From Blastocatellia bacterium (GTDB lineage Bacteria; Acidobacteriota; Blastocatellia; UBA7656), in contig CAVXWP010000015.1 of assembly GCA_963765495.1 (NCBI GenBank), positions 96,001 to 160,000 of the forward strand: a stretch of 64,000 bases of DNA, given 5' to 3'. A program made the translations under genes and the position numbers. The notes under the pieces were generated by a model. The model saw only the letters and a program-made list of their open reading frames with translations. It was not told the DNA's origin and did no database searches. This document shows positions 21,050-29,867 of this stretch, piece after piece (within the stretch, counting starts at the first letter, position 1; each line of letters opens with the position of its first letter).

Positions 21050-22912
21050 TTATGGACAGGTTGCCAGCGCAAAGGTGTCCTTGCGACCGGTCGTGCTGAT
21101 AACCTTTATTTCATTCGGCACTGGAACCCCGCCCGGACACGGTCTAACGAGGTCCATTGCTTTTTTGGCTACCAGTTTTCCTGAGTTCTTGAATTTGGTC
21201 TTTTGCACCTCCTGATCATTGATAAGAACCATATCGCCCCGTTGAAAATTGAAACCTTTGACGGTGATATTCCTGCCCGTATTGCCTTTCCTCTCCTTGA
21301 CGGTCGTAATGATCGGACCGTCGGTCCATTCGACTGTAGCTGCACAAGAGAAGGCGTTGCCTTCCACCGAGCCGCTTATCTCGATGGTGTCAACGCCAGG
21401 CATATTGTTGCCTCTGTAGCTAAAGTTTACCTGTCCGCTCGAATCTGTAATACCAGTCCTGGTCAGCCCCGTATTTGGGCCGCTTATCACATCGAGATCA
21501 ACGGAGATTCCAGAAGCAGGCTGGCCGCTCGAAAAGACAGTAGCCGCAACCGCGTATTCCCCGCCCAGAGGTTGCCTGGCGTGGAGCGGATCAACAGCGC
21601 AATTAGCATCCAGTCTGAAGATATAAGCCGCGCCTGAATTGCTGCCCCTATCATCATCTCCCATAGAGCCGGCGACGACTCTTTCTCCGCCCAGAGCCAC
21701 CGGGAATCCAAAACCGTCGCCTGCGCTCGCCTCCATAGCGATGAGTTTTGGCAGCTCGATCCATGCGTCCCCATCTCTTACAAACACATGGGCTGCACCC
21801 GAATCGCAATTCGGGTCGCCAGGACACGCATTATCGTCGCCAGAAGCACCGCCGACGATCGTATCTCCGCTTATTGCTATCGGCTCGCCAAACAAATCGC
21901 CCGCTTTGCCATCCACGGCGACGAGTTTTTGCTGCTCGGTCCACGCGCCCCCGTCTCTTACAAACACGTAAGCCGAACCTGACTGATTGCCCGCATCGTC
22001 ATCCCCCGAAGCACCGACGACGATAGTGTCACCGCTGATGGCTACCGAAGCGCCGAACAAATCAGATACGGCCGCATCTGCGGCAGTGAGCTTTTGTTGC
22101 TGGGTCCAGACACCCCCCTGTCTTACAAACACATAGGCCGAGCCCGAATCGCAGTTTATAGTGCTGGGACACGCATCGTCGTTTCTCGAAGCTCCGATAA
22201 CTATTCTATCCCCGCTGATGGCAATCGAATTGCCGAATTCATCACCTGCCGCCGCGTCTGCTGCCGTGAGTTTCTGACGCTGGGTCCAGAGGTTTCCCTG
22301 TCTGGTAAAGACATAGGCCGAGCCCGAGTTGCTGCCCGCATCATCGTCAAACCGGGCTCCGACGACGATAGTGTCACCGCTGATTGCTACCACATTGCCG
22401 AATCTGTCATCCGCATTTGCGTCACTGGCGGTGAGCTTTTGCTGCTGGGTCCACGCGCCCCCGTCTCTTACAAACACATAGACCGCTCCCGAATTGCAAT
22501 CCGGATTGCCGGGGCACGCATCGTCGCCAAAGACGGCCCCGACGACGATAGTGTCACCGCTGATCGCTACTGAAATGCCGAACAAATCAAATACGGCCGC
22601 ATCTGCTGCCGTGAGCTTTTGCTGCTGGGTCCAGATGTCTCCGTCCTTTACAAACACATAGGCCGAGCCCGATCCGTTGCCGGCATCATCATCAAGCTGC
22701 GCGCCTACTACGATAGTGTCACCGCTGATTGCAACGGTGCCGAACTGATCGCCTGCCGCCGCGTCCCCGGCAGTCAGCTTCACTCCCTGCGCCAGAGCCA
22801 TACCGCTCGGCGGCAAAACCATGCTGCCGAACGCGCTTGCAATCGGAATCCACATAGTGGCTATGACCGCACAAGAAATCACCAGTGCTTGTGCGCCTTT
22901 TCTTTGTTTCAT
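21050..22912 (-). CDS. Secreted FG-GAP repeat (integrin-alpha-like beta-propeller) protein with Ig-like C-terminal domains
   Basis: Seven repeats KLTA.DA...D.FG..VAISGDTIVVGA..DDD...SGSAYVF, then a Big_1-like segment (SGPN.G...G.TD..GQV.FSY) and an IPT-like segment. Confidence 0.9.
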   Translation of the reverse strand: MKQRKGAQALVISCAVIATMWIPIASAFGSMVLPPSGMALAQGVKLTAGDAAAGDQFGTVAISGDTIVVGAQLDDDAGNGSGSAYVFVKDGDIWTQQQKLTAADAAVFDLFGISVAISGDTIVVGAVFGDDACPGNPDCNSGAVYVFVRDGGAWTQQQKLTASDANADDRFGNVVAISGDTIVVGARFDDDAGSNSGSAYVFTRQGNLWTQRQKLTAADAAAGDEFGNSIAISGDRIVIGASRNDDACPSTINCDSGSAYVFVRQGGVWTQQQKLTAADAAVSDLFGASVAISGDTIVVGASGDDDAGNQSGSAYVFVRDGGAWTEQQKLVAVDGKAGDLFGEPIAISGDTIVGGASGDDNACPGDPNCDSGAAHVFVRDGDAWIELPKLIAMEASAGDGFGFPVALGGERVVAGSMGDDDRGSNSGAAYIFRLDANCAVDPLHARQPLGGEYAVAATVFSSGQPASGISVDLDVISGPNTGLTRTGITDSSGQVNFSYRGNNMPGVDTIEISGSVEGNAFSCAATVEWTDGPIITTVKERKGNTGRNITVKGFNFQRGDMVLINDQEVQKTKFKNSGKLVAKKAMDLVRPCPGGVPVPNEIKVISTTGRKDTFALATCP

Positions 22913-23049
22913 AAATACCTCACCCCGCCGCCTTCACTGACCGGCGAGAGCCTCGCGTCGAAGTCCCTGAGCCCCGGCGTCAGGTCTATGGGCTGCTGGT
23001 TGCTTGCGGGCGAAAATTCAAGCCTTAGGCCCGTCCTGCTGAACGGCAA
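22909..23049 (-). pseudogene. 46-codon fragment or mini-ORF of a paralog of the 23626-24303 gene; its TGA overlaps the ATG of the FG-GAP gene
   Basis: 22921-23027 aligns without gaps to 23788-23894 and encodes LRLEFSPASNQQPIDLTPGLRDFDARLSPVSEGGGV vs IRLEFPPNSNLPPIDLTPGLRDFDARLSPVSEGGGV. Confidence 0.8.
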
Positions 23050-23083
23050 GCCTGTCTATTCGCTCTTGTGTTTTTTCTTACGC

Positions 23084-23491
23084 TTATCTCTTCTTAAAGG
23101 CCTTGATGTCCGCCTCCAGCTCCTGAAGCGCGGAGGAAAACCTCCCCTGTAGCCTCTTCGCGGCACTCAGGCGATTTTGGGGATCAAGAAGCTCTTTCAC
23201 CAGGTTCGGCTGTGGACTCGAGTCTCCGGCTACTGCGCCTATTAAGCCCGCGAGGAGTTGCTCGTGGACCCAAAGTCGCTCAACAAGCTCGTTAATCATA
23301 AAGCCACCAATGATGGGACTGGGGTCCGGCTGGGGTAGCGGAGGCAATATGACCGTCGGTGGCGGCAAGAGACCGAATCTCCATAGATAGTGACGATCCC
23401 AAAAAAGATCGGTAAATTCTCTACATGCGGCATCGTCTCCTTCTCTACAGCGCCGGAAGAGACCGGCTTCAAAGGCAGGAATGTTAATCAT
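23084..23491 (-). CDS. Hypothetical protein with Pro-rich PQPDPSP motifs and a C-terminal coiled coil
   Basis: Perfect TAAGGAGGT RBS before the ATG; 135-aa ORF co-oriented with its neighbours. Confidence 0.75.
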   Translation of the reverse strand: MINIPAFEAGLFRRCREGDDAACREFTDLFWDRHYLWRFGLLPPPTVILPPLPQPDPSPIIGGFMINELVERLWVHEQLLAGLIGAVAGDSSPQPNLVKELLDPQNRLSAAKRLQGRFSSALQELEADIKAFKKR

Positions 23492-23613
23492 GTGGACCTC
23501 CTTATCTCGTTAATGATAAACCTACCATATCGTTGAACCAGCAGGCCGTCGGTCAGCGAGTTAATCGAAGGGTTTGGACCGAGCGTGATGTTGGCCTTGC
23601 AAGGTTTGCGCAC
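23488..23613 (-). pseudogene. 41-codon fragment or mini-ORF of the same paralog; its TGA overlaps the ATG of the 135-aa gene
   Basis: GAGGG RBS and GTG start; KANITLGPNPSINSLTDGLLVQ vs RANISLGPNASINPVTDDLRVE in 23626-24303. Confidence 0.72.
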
Positions 23614-23625
23614 AGGATCGCCCTC

Positions 23626-24303
23626 TTATTGCGAACTGCCTGCGACCTCAAGCTTTCGTGGCATGGTCTCGCCCGTGTCATTGCCTATTTGCACTATCGT
23701 TTGCTCCGCCCCTCCTAGGATCGTCAGAAAGCAGGGTTGCGGCGCTTGGCGAATATCGAGGAAGCTCAATTCGATCCTCAGATTCCACACCCCGCCGCCT
23801 TCACTGACGGGCGAGAGCCTGGCGTCGAAATCCCTGAGCCCCGGCGTCAGGTCTATCGGCGGGAGATTGCTGTTTGGCGGAAACTCTAGCCTTATGCTCA
23901 CCCCGCACCCTTGAGGGTCTCTCACACGGAACCCGTTGCCTCTCTGGCTGAAACAACCTGCGGGGATGAAGATGATGTCGCTCGGGGTAACAACTCCGGC
24001 CTGTTCGGGGTTTGAGACGATGTCCTCAGGGGCCATAATCCCGGCATGTTCAACCCGCAGGTCGTCAGTCACCGGGTTAATCGAGGCGTTTGGACCGAGC
24101 GAGATGTTTGCCCTGAAGTCGAGGTTGACACGGTTTAGCTGGAACTGCGGAGCGAAAGCTTCGGTCGCTTCGAGTTTGGTATCCAGGCTCTGAAATGGTG
24201 TTGTGGGTGGTGGAATGGGGTCCTGCGCGGCTGCCTTCGGCGCTGCCGAAAAGAGGGACAGGATCGCCACGGCGATTATTGAAAACGATGCTGATTTCTT
24301 CAT
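23626..24303 (-). CDS. Secreted hypothetical protein
   Basis: GGGAGG RBS and a classic signal peptide, MKKSASFSIIAVAILSLFSAAPKAAA-Q. Confidence 0.8.
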   Translation of the reverse strand: MKKSASFSIIAVAILSLFSAAPKAAAQDPIPPPTTPFQSLDTKLEATEAFAPQFQLNRVNLDFRANISLGPNASINPVTDDLRVEHAGIMAPEDIVSNPEQAGVVTPSDIIFIPAGCFSQRGNGFRVRDPQGCGVSIRLEFPPNSNLPPIDLTPGLRDFDARLSPVSEGGGVWNLRIELSFLDIRQAPQPCFLTILGGAEQTIVQIGNDTGETMPRKLEVAGSSQ

Positions 24304-24411
24304 AAATTCCTCCCGAAGAGTGTTGGAAATGTGGGTCAAGAGTCGCGTCGGCAATCTATATATGGAGCAACCGACCTGAACGACCGGCTGCCGAGGTGTA
24401 CACGCAGGGCA

Positions 24412-24457
24412 AGTGTAAGAGGAAATCAAATCTCAAACAATCGCATAATGATGTGAT
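24412..24457 (-). promoter_or_regulatory. Putative activator box ATCGCATAATGATGTGAT (24440-24457) with -10 TACACT 22 nt downstream
   Basis: Imperfect palindrome ATCRCA-N6-TGYGAT, with the same geometry as the copy at 25200-25245. Confidence 0.6.
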
Positions 24458-24495
24458 ATTGAGATCACAGGAGACAGGCTAAAGTTTCAGCCCCT

Positions 24496-25176
24496 TCAGA
24501 CTAGCTTTTCGCGGATGGCTCGCACGACGGCTTCCGATACGCTGTGGACCTGAAGCTTGTTGTATATCGAGCGGATGTGTGTTCTTACGGTGTCAATGCT
24601 GATGTCGAGATGATCGGCCACCTGTTTGTAGGCCATCCCACGCACAAGGCATTGCAGCACGTCGTGCTCTCTTTCGGTGAGGTCGAGCAGCACGGCAGAA
24701 GCGGGCTTGCTCGATTCGCGCGAGACTGTTCGCTTTGCCCGCAGCAAGTCCAGCACCGTGCGCGCCACTCCGGCCGTCAGCGGCGCGCCGCCTGAATTTA
24801 TCATTCTGAGTTGCGACAGTATTTCGTCCGCCGGGGTCTTTTTGAGGAGGTAGCCGTCGGCCCCCGCGCTTATCGCTTCAAGTATCGTGGCGGGCTTTTC
24901 AAAGACTGTCAGGATTACTACCGCAAGATCGGGCAGAAGCTCTTTCAAACGGCGGGTCGCTTCGATCCCGCTTATGCCCGGCAGCTTGAGGTCCATCAAG
25001 ACGAGTCTCCACTGAGGCGCGCGGTTTGATTCCAGCGAGGTCTCTACCTCTTCGAGCGCGTCGCGGGCGGACTCGAAACTTGCAGCAAGAGAAAAACCTC
25101 TGGCGTGCTTGAAGAGAGTTTCGAGACTGCTGCGGTAACGAGGATCATCCTCGATGATGGTGATCTTTATTTCCAC
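24496..25176 (-). CDS. NarL/LuxR-family response regulator
   Basis: REC domain (IIEDD, LMDLKLPG, GADGYLLK) plus LuxR HTH (LTEREHDVL...TVRTHIRSIYNKLQV). Confidence 0.95.
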   Translation of the reverse strand: MEIKITIIEDDPRYRSSLETLFKHARGFSLAASFESARDALEEVETSLESNRAPQWRLVLMDLKLPGISGIEATRRLKELLPDLAVVILTVFEKPATILEAISAGADGYLLKKTPADEILSQLRMINSGGAPLTAGVARTVLDLLRAKRTVSRESSKPASAVLLDLTEREHDVLQCLVRGMAYKQVADHLDISIDTVRTHIRSIYNKLQVHSVSEAVVRAIREKLV

Positions 25177-25199
25177 GGCGATTTCCTGCCCGGGGTTAC

Positions 25200-25245
25200 A
25201 GGATAAGCTCAGGAGGCAGATTTTTCCATCGCATAATCGTGCGAT
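25200..25245 (-). promoter_or_regulatory. Putative activator box ATCGCATAATCGTGCGAT (25228-25245) with -10 TATCCT 22 nt downstream
   Basis: Palindrome CATCGCA-N6-TGCGATG about 52 nt upstream of the regulator's start; 15/18 identical to the 24440 copy. Confidence 0.6.
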
Positions 25246-25284
25246 GCAAGGTTGCGCGCACGGCTGTTGCGGGCTGAAACGGGT

Positions 25285-28179
25285 TCAGTGCGGATGAAAG
25301 ATCACCTTCACCGTAGTCCCTTTTCCGTCTTCAGACATCCACGAAATGTCTGCTCCGATCTCTTCGGCCCTGCGCTTCATGCTCAAAAGCCCCATCCCTC
25401 TTCGGCCTTCAGAGAGAGTCTTCATCAGCCCTGTTCCATCATCGGCTATCCACATCTGCCAGTTTCGCCCGGTGGGTTTCAGCCCGAACACGACGCGGCT
25501 TGCTGCCGAGTGGCGGGCGGCGTTGTGAAGCGCTTCGAGGGCTATGAGCTGAAGGTTGCGCCGTTTTGCAAGCGAAAGGTTTACCTTCGGCCAGATGTCT
25601 GGAACATCCATAGAAAAGATCGCCTGCTTTCCCGGGAATAACCGCTCCGCGTGCTCGATCAGATGATAGGCCAGCGATTCCAGATCATTCGAGCCGGGCT
25701 GTAAAGCCCAGACTATGTCGGTCAGCGAGGTGCCGAGTTCACGGCTTGTCTCGGCTATTTTCCTGGCCAGACTTATGCGCTCGGCCTCGGTCAATCCCTC
25801 ATCCGTCACGACCTTTGACAGAATGCCTATGCTGCCAAGCCCCGATCCGAGTTCATCGTGCAGGTCAATTGCGATGCGCGCCCTTTGTCTTTCCAGGCGA
25901 AGCAGAAACGTCAGACGAGCGCGATAAGCTGCGTAAAGCGCCGCGCCCAGAGCAAGAGAAAAGAGAGCCAGAACCCACCACTTCAGATACCAGGGGCCAA
26001 GAACCTCGAAGGCAAGCCTGGCCGATGTCGCGGACCAGTGAATCCCGTCGAGCGAGGCCCTTACCTCGGCCGCATACTTGCCCGGGCTGAGATCGACGAA
26101 TCTGAATAGCGGTTCGCGCGAGAAAGAATCTGTCCACGCGGCGTCGGGGTGAAGTCGATACTGGTAGCGGAGCAGGCTGCGGTCCCGGTAAGAAAGCGCC
26201 GCGAAATGAATCTCCAACTGATTGTGACCGGAAGGTATTTGAGGCGTCTGATTCAATTCCACTCTTCGCCCGTTCAGAATCAGATCAACAAGTTTCACAG
26301 ACGGGGACTGAGCGCCTGCTCGCCGCGCTTCTGCGGGCATATATACAACTCCGCTGGTCGTCGTGATCCACAAATCGCCGTTTGATTCTTCGATCAGGTC
26401 CTCGGCTCCTCCGACCGGAAACCCCTGCCAGCTTCCCAGCCGCTCGACAATCTCCCATCCACTATCAAGGTCAGGTCGCTCCTTCACTCGTATGCAGACT
26501 CCGTCGCCCAGAACCCATACGCCCCCTGCGGGCGAGAGAACCAATCCCCATATTCTGCCCGAAGGAAGGTCGTGCGAAGCCGGAATCACTTCCCACCCTT
26601 TCCCGCCGTAACGCCATACGCCTGCATTATGGGTAGAGGCCCACAAACTGCCCGATTGTAACTCGACGATGTCGGTCACACGGTTGACTCCTTCCAGCGT
26701 CTGGCAGGACCACGATGCCTCAGGGCCGGAATCAATCGCAGCCACCGATGCAGAGCAGACGCGGTTATCTGCGCATACCCAGAGACGCGCATGACTATCC
26801 CGGAAAACGGTTTCGATGATCGATTCGAACTTGTCCGCCCCAATGCTTACATGTCTGGAGTCGTCAGCCCCCGCGCGAAGAAGTCCGTGATCGGTTGCAA
26901 GCCACATGGTCTTATCGGCTTCGGGGCAGCAACTGTAGAGAAATTTATATTGAGGGAGCGATTGTTTTATGAATTGCCCGTTTAGGTAACGCAGCGAATC
27001 GCCCGCAAAAACATGAATCCAGAGCGCGCCATCGCCGTCTACGCATAGCGGCGATTTATGGTCGAGGTGCTGGTTGTGGACTCTCCATCTTCCCTGCGCC
27101 TTATCGAGTCGCCCGAGACCCTGCCAGGTGGAAACCCAGATGCCGCTTTCGGCCCGGGCCAGAAAGCGCGCGTGTGCGCTCGGCAGTCCGTCGCGGTCGT
27201 TAAAGGCAAGCGTTGCCGGTTCCGGGTATTGCACAAGGCCACGAAAGGTTCCGAGCCACAGGCTGCCTTCGCGGTCTACAATCAAGGGGCCGCCACTTGC
27301 AATACCATCATCAGGCCCAAGTATTTCAGGTTGCTCTTTCGGTCTGAGCGCGGCAAGGTACCGGTCGAATGATGCCCAGACGACCCGACCTCGGAGCGCG
27401 AGGTCTATGGGTCGGGCATTCTTTACACGGAGTCGCAGGGTAGCGCGGCCTTCGCGCAATTCCAGCACCTCTCCATCGCCGTTCGGATTCCAGGCGAGAA
27501 CATAAAACGCGCCGTCGGGATGAAGAAGAATATCCATCACCAGGGTATAATCGAATATCTTTCTTATATTCCGATCTGAATCAAGCTGCCAGATTGCGTT
27601 TCTCGTGAGCAGAAAGATGCTGTCATCAGGCCCGGGTCGCAACTGCCTGATCTGCTCATTGCCCAGAACCCCAATTGAGGCAAAAGCCCATTTGTGGTCG
27701 GCATCTCTGATCATCAAATATCCTTTGCCTGTTACCCACAGCCGCGTGCGGTCGCTGTTAAAGACAGCGTCTGTGACGTTGTCGAGCGGTCTCGCTTCCG
27801 GGCCGATCACGGGGCTCACGCCATCGGCTACGACCTGATAGAGCGCGAGTTGATCATCACGGGCCAGTATCTCTCCATCCCTGCCTGACAGCAAAAGATT
27901 TATGGTGCCTGTAAGGGTCTCTTTCGCCCAGGGGCGCATCTGGATTCCATCGAAGCGGACAAGCCCGCCGCTTGTGCCTATCCATAGAAAGCCCGAATCG
28001 TCCTGAGCCAGAGCATGGACTGTTGAGACGGTGAGGCCGCTGGTTTCGTCATAGTGCCTTTTGACACGTTCCTTCGCCATCGCCGAGTGCGGCCAGAAAA
28101 TAAGTAGGAAGAGACCGGCCAAACCGAGCGTTAATCGGTATATCGAGCGGGGGCGAGTCTTTTTGTGTGTGGTCAGCAT
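25285..28179 (-). CDS. Sensor histidine kinase with periplasmic beta-propeller repeats, Y_Y_Y domain, HisKA_3 and HATPase
   Basis: QDDSGFLWIGTSGGLVRFDG-type repeats, YQYRL, LSPGKY, a TM segment, DLHDELGSGL, EALHNAARHS, DDGTG and GMGLLSM. Start is uncertain (28179 or 28338). Confidence 0.92.
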   Translation of the reverse strand: MLTTHKKTRPRSIYRLTLGLAGLFLLIFWPHSAMAKERVKRHYDETSGLTVSTVHALAQDDSGFLWIGTSGGLVRFDGIQMRPWAKETLTGTINLLLSGRDGEILARDDQLALYQVVADGVSPVIGPEARPLDNVTDAVFNSDRTRLWVTGKGYLMIRDADHKWAFASIGVLGNEQIRQLRPGPDDSIFLLTRNAIWQLDSDRNIRKIFDYTLVMDILLHPDGAFYVLAWNPNGDGEVLELREGRATLRLRVKNARPIDLALRGRVVWASFDRYLAALRPKEQPEILGPDDGIASGGPLIVDREGSLWLGTFRGLVQYPEPATLAFNDRDGLPSAHARFLARAESGIWVSTWQGLGRLDKAQGRWRVHNQHLDHKSPLCVDGDGALWIHVFAGDSLRYLNGQFIKQSLPQYKFLYSCCPEADKTMWLATDHGLLRAGADDSRHVSIGADKFESIIETVFRDSHARLWVCADNRVCSASVAAIDSGPEASWSCQTLEGVNRVTDIVELQSGSLWASTHNAGVWRYGGKGWEVIPASHDLPSGRIWGLVLSPAGGVWVLGDGVCIRVKERPDLDSGWEIVERLGSWQGFPVGGAEDLIEESNGDLWITTTSGVVYMPAEARRAGAQSPSVKLVDLILNGRRVELNQTPQIPSGHNQLEIHFAALSYRDRSLLRYQYRLHPDAAWTDSFSREPLFRFVDLSPGKYAAEVRASLDGIHWSATSARLAFEVLGPWYLKWWVLALFSLALGAALYAAYRARLTFLLRLERQRARIAIDLHDELGSGLGSIGILSKVVTDEGLTEAERISLARKIAETSRELGTSLTDIVWALQPGSNDLESLAYHLIEHAERLFPGKQAIFSMDVPDIWPKVNLSLAKRRNLQLIALEALHNAARHSAASRVVFGLKPTGRNWQMWIADDGTGLMKTLSEGRRGMGLLSMKRRAEEIGADISWMSEDGKGTTVKVIFHPH

Positions 28180-28478
28180 GGCAGCTACAACTCTTGCCTG
28201 GCTTTTTTCGATTCTATGACGGGTAAGGCCAGGGCGCAAGAATACTTCGTTCCACCCCAAGAAACTGCGTGCCGGTTTACTGCTGCCTTTGCCTGCTGAT
28301 TCAACTCCGTCTTCGCTTGAGATTTTGCATTCCTTCACGGCGCTGCTTCGTAATTGATATCTGGGGTCATCTGAGTAGTCGTGCCGTTTGGAAACTTTAG
28401 TTGACCATCTCGAACCGGCGATGAATCCTTTGATTGCCGACCTCCAGAGGTTGTGATGAAGTCGCTCGAAATATACTT

Positions 28479-28505
28479 GGAACCAATGAATTCAACCCTC
28501 CGTAT
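28479..28505 (+). promoter_or_regulatory. Candidate ECF-sigma promoter for the MFP/ABC permease operon
   Basis: GGAAC-N17-CGTAT, ~55 nt upstream of ATG 28559. Confidence 0.45.
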
Positions 28506-28558
28506 GACCGAGTGGACTAAAACCCGGACAAAATTTTATAAAAACTGGCGGAGATATA

Positions 28559-29758
28559 ATGGCTAAGAAAAAGTCTCGAAAATATATCTTTATCTCGCTC
28601 TCGATTATAGTCGTTGGCGCTGTGGTCGTTTTTGTGGCCTCGTCTTTGTCGCGCACCAAGGCCGAGATTGACCCGTCGCGCCTTGTGACGATTGAGCGCG
28701 GCGACCTGGCTCGATCAGTTGTCGCTACGGGGCGCGTAGAGCCAATATCGAAGGTCGAGATCAAATCGAAGGCCAACGGCATCATAAAGGAACTCAAGGT
28801 CAACGCGGGCGATATGGTAGTTCCGGGGCAGGTGCTGGCCGAGCTTGATAAAGAGAATCTTGCCGCGAGATTGCGCGAGGCGCGGGCCGCCTTGATGAGC
28901 GCCGAGTCAAATACAAGAGCGGCTCAGGCCGAGTATGAAAAGAACAAGGTCGAGGCCGAAGCCCCCGACGTGGCCTTTGCCCGACGCAATGTGGAACGCG
29001 TTCAAAGGCTTTTCGATAAGGGCCTGATCTCGCAGCAGGAGATTGAAGATGCGCGCCGCGCAATGGAACAGGCCGAAAATCGCCAGCATGTCTCTCGCTC
29101 TCAATTGAGCGTAAGCCACGCGCGAGTTTCGCAGGCCGAAGCGGAAGTCGCTCAGGCTCAGGCCGCCGTAGATCGCGCCGATGAGGAGTTGAATAACGCT
29201 ACGATCCGCTCGCCAATCACCGGCATGGTTTTGTCTCGCGATGTGGAACTGGGCAGCCCCGTCTCTTCAATCCTCAATATGGGATCAGCCGCGACGCTTG
29301 TGATGGTGCTCGGAGACATCAGCCAGGTCTATGTTCGCGGGCAGGTTGACGAGACCGACATCGGCGCGGTGAAGCTGGGTCAACCGGCGCGAATCAAAGT
29401 CGAGACATTTAAGGATAAGGCGTTCGAAGGTCACGTCACGGAAATCTCTCCGCTTGGAGTCGAAAAAGATAACGTAGTGAGTTTCGAGGTAAAGGTTTCG
29501 ATCAACAATCCGGGCGGTGAGTTACGCGCAAACATGTCGGCAAACGCAGAGATCGTTCTGGAAGAGCACAAAGGCACATTGATAATTCCCGAAAGCGCCG
29601 TTATCTATGACGCTGAACGCAACGCATTCGTCGAGGTGCCCGGCCCCGCTTCGCCTACCGGACGCGAAAAGAAACCGATCAAAGTCGGCATCAGCAACGG
29701 AACCCGCACCGAAGTGACCGAAGGCGTGATAGAAGGTCAGCAAGTAATACTCCAATAG
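28559..29758 (+). CDS. MacA/HlyD-family periplasmic adaptor subunit
   Basis: N-terminal TM, ATGRVEP, helical hairpin, IRSPITG, VDETDIG and LIIPESAV motifs. Confidence 0.92.
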   Translation: MAKKKSRKYIFISLSIIVVGAVVVFVASSLSRTKAEIDPSRLVTIERGDLARSVVATGRVEPISKVEIKSKANGIIKELKVNAGDMVVPGQVLAELDKENLAARLREARAALMSAESNTRAAQAEYEKNKVEAEAPDVAFARRNVERVQRLFDKGLISQQEIEDARRAMEQAENRQHVSRSQLSVSHARVSQAEAEVAQAQAAVDRADEELNNATIRSPITGMVLSRDVELGSPVSSILNMGSAATLVMVLGDISQVYVRGQVDETDIGAVKLGQPARIKVETFKDKAFEGHVTEISPLGVEKDNVVSFEVKVSINNPGGELRANMSANAEIVLEEHKGTLIIPESAVIYDAERNAFVEVPGPASPTGREKKPIKVGISNGTRTEVTEGVIEGQQVILQ

Positions 29759-29863
29759 TGATGCGTGATCCGTGACTCTAAGAGGCTAGCAAGTCTATTT
29801 AGGCCTGCGGTCCTTCTGAAAGTCACCAATCACGCATCACGCATTACTCATTACGCATCACGA
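29758..29863. repeat. TCACGCA-family element filling the gap from the MFP stop to the permease start
   Basis: GTGATGC GTGATCC GTGAC-core-GTCACCAA TCACGCA TCACGCA TTACTCA TTACGCA TCACG; ATG follows at 29868. Confidence 0.9.
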
Positions 29864-29867
29864 GATT

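Noticed and set aside
21630-22790. Regularly spaced DNA repeats as a CRISPR array
   Set aside because: They are in-frame FG-GAP coding repeats of ~165-180 bp, and no cas genes are present.
22921-23894. 107-bp repeat pair as a DGR template/variable region
   Set aside because: Mismatches are not adenine-specific and are mostly synonymous, and there is no reverse transcriptase in the window. Better explained as a paralog remnant.
28180-28338. 53-aa N-terminal extension of the histidine kinase
   Set aside because: It would place the signal/TM segment far from the start and has no recognisable motif; 28179 is preferred, but the start remains uncertain.
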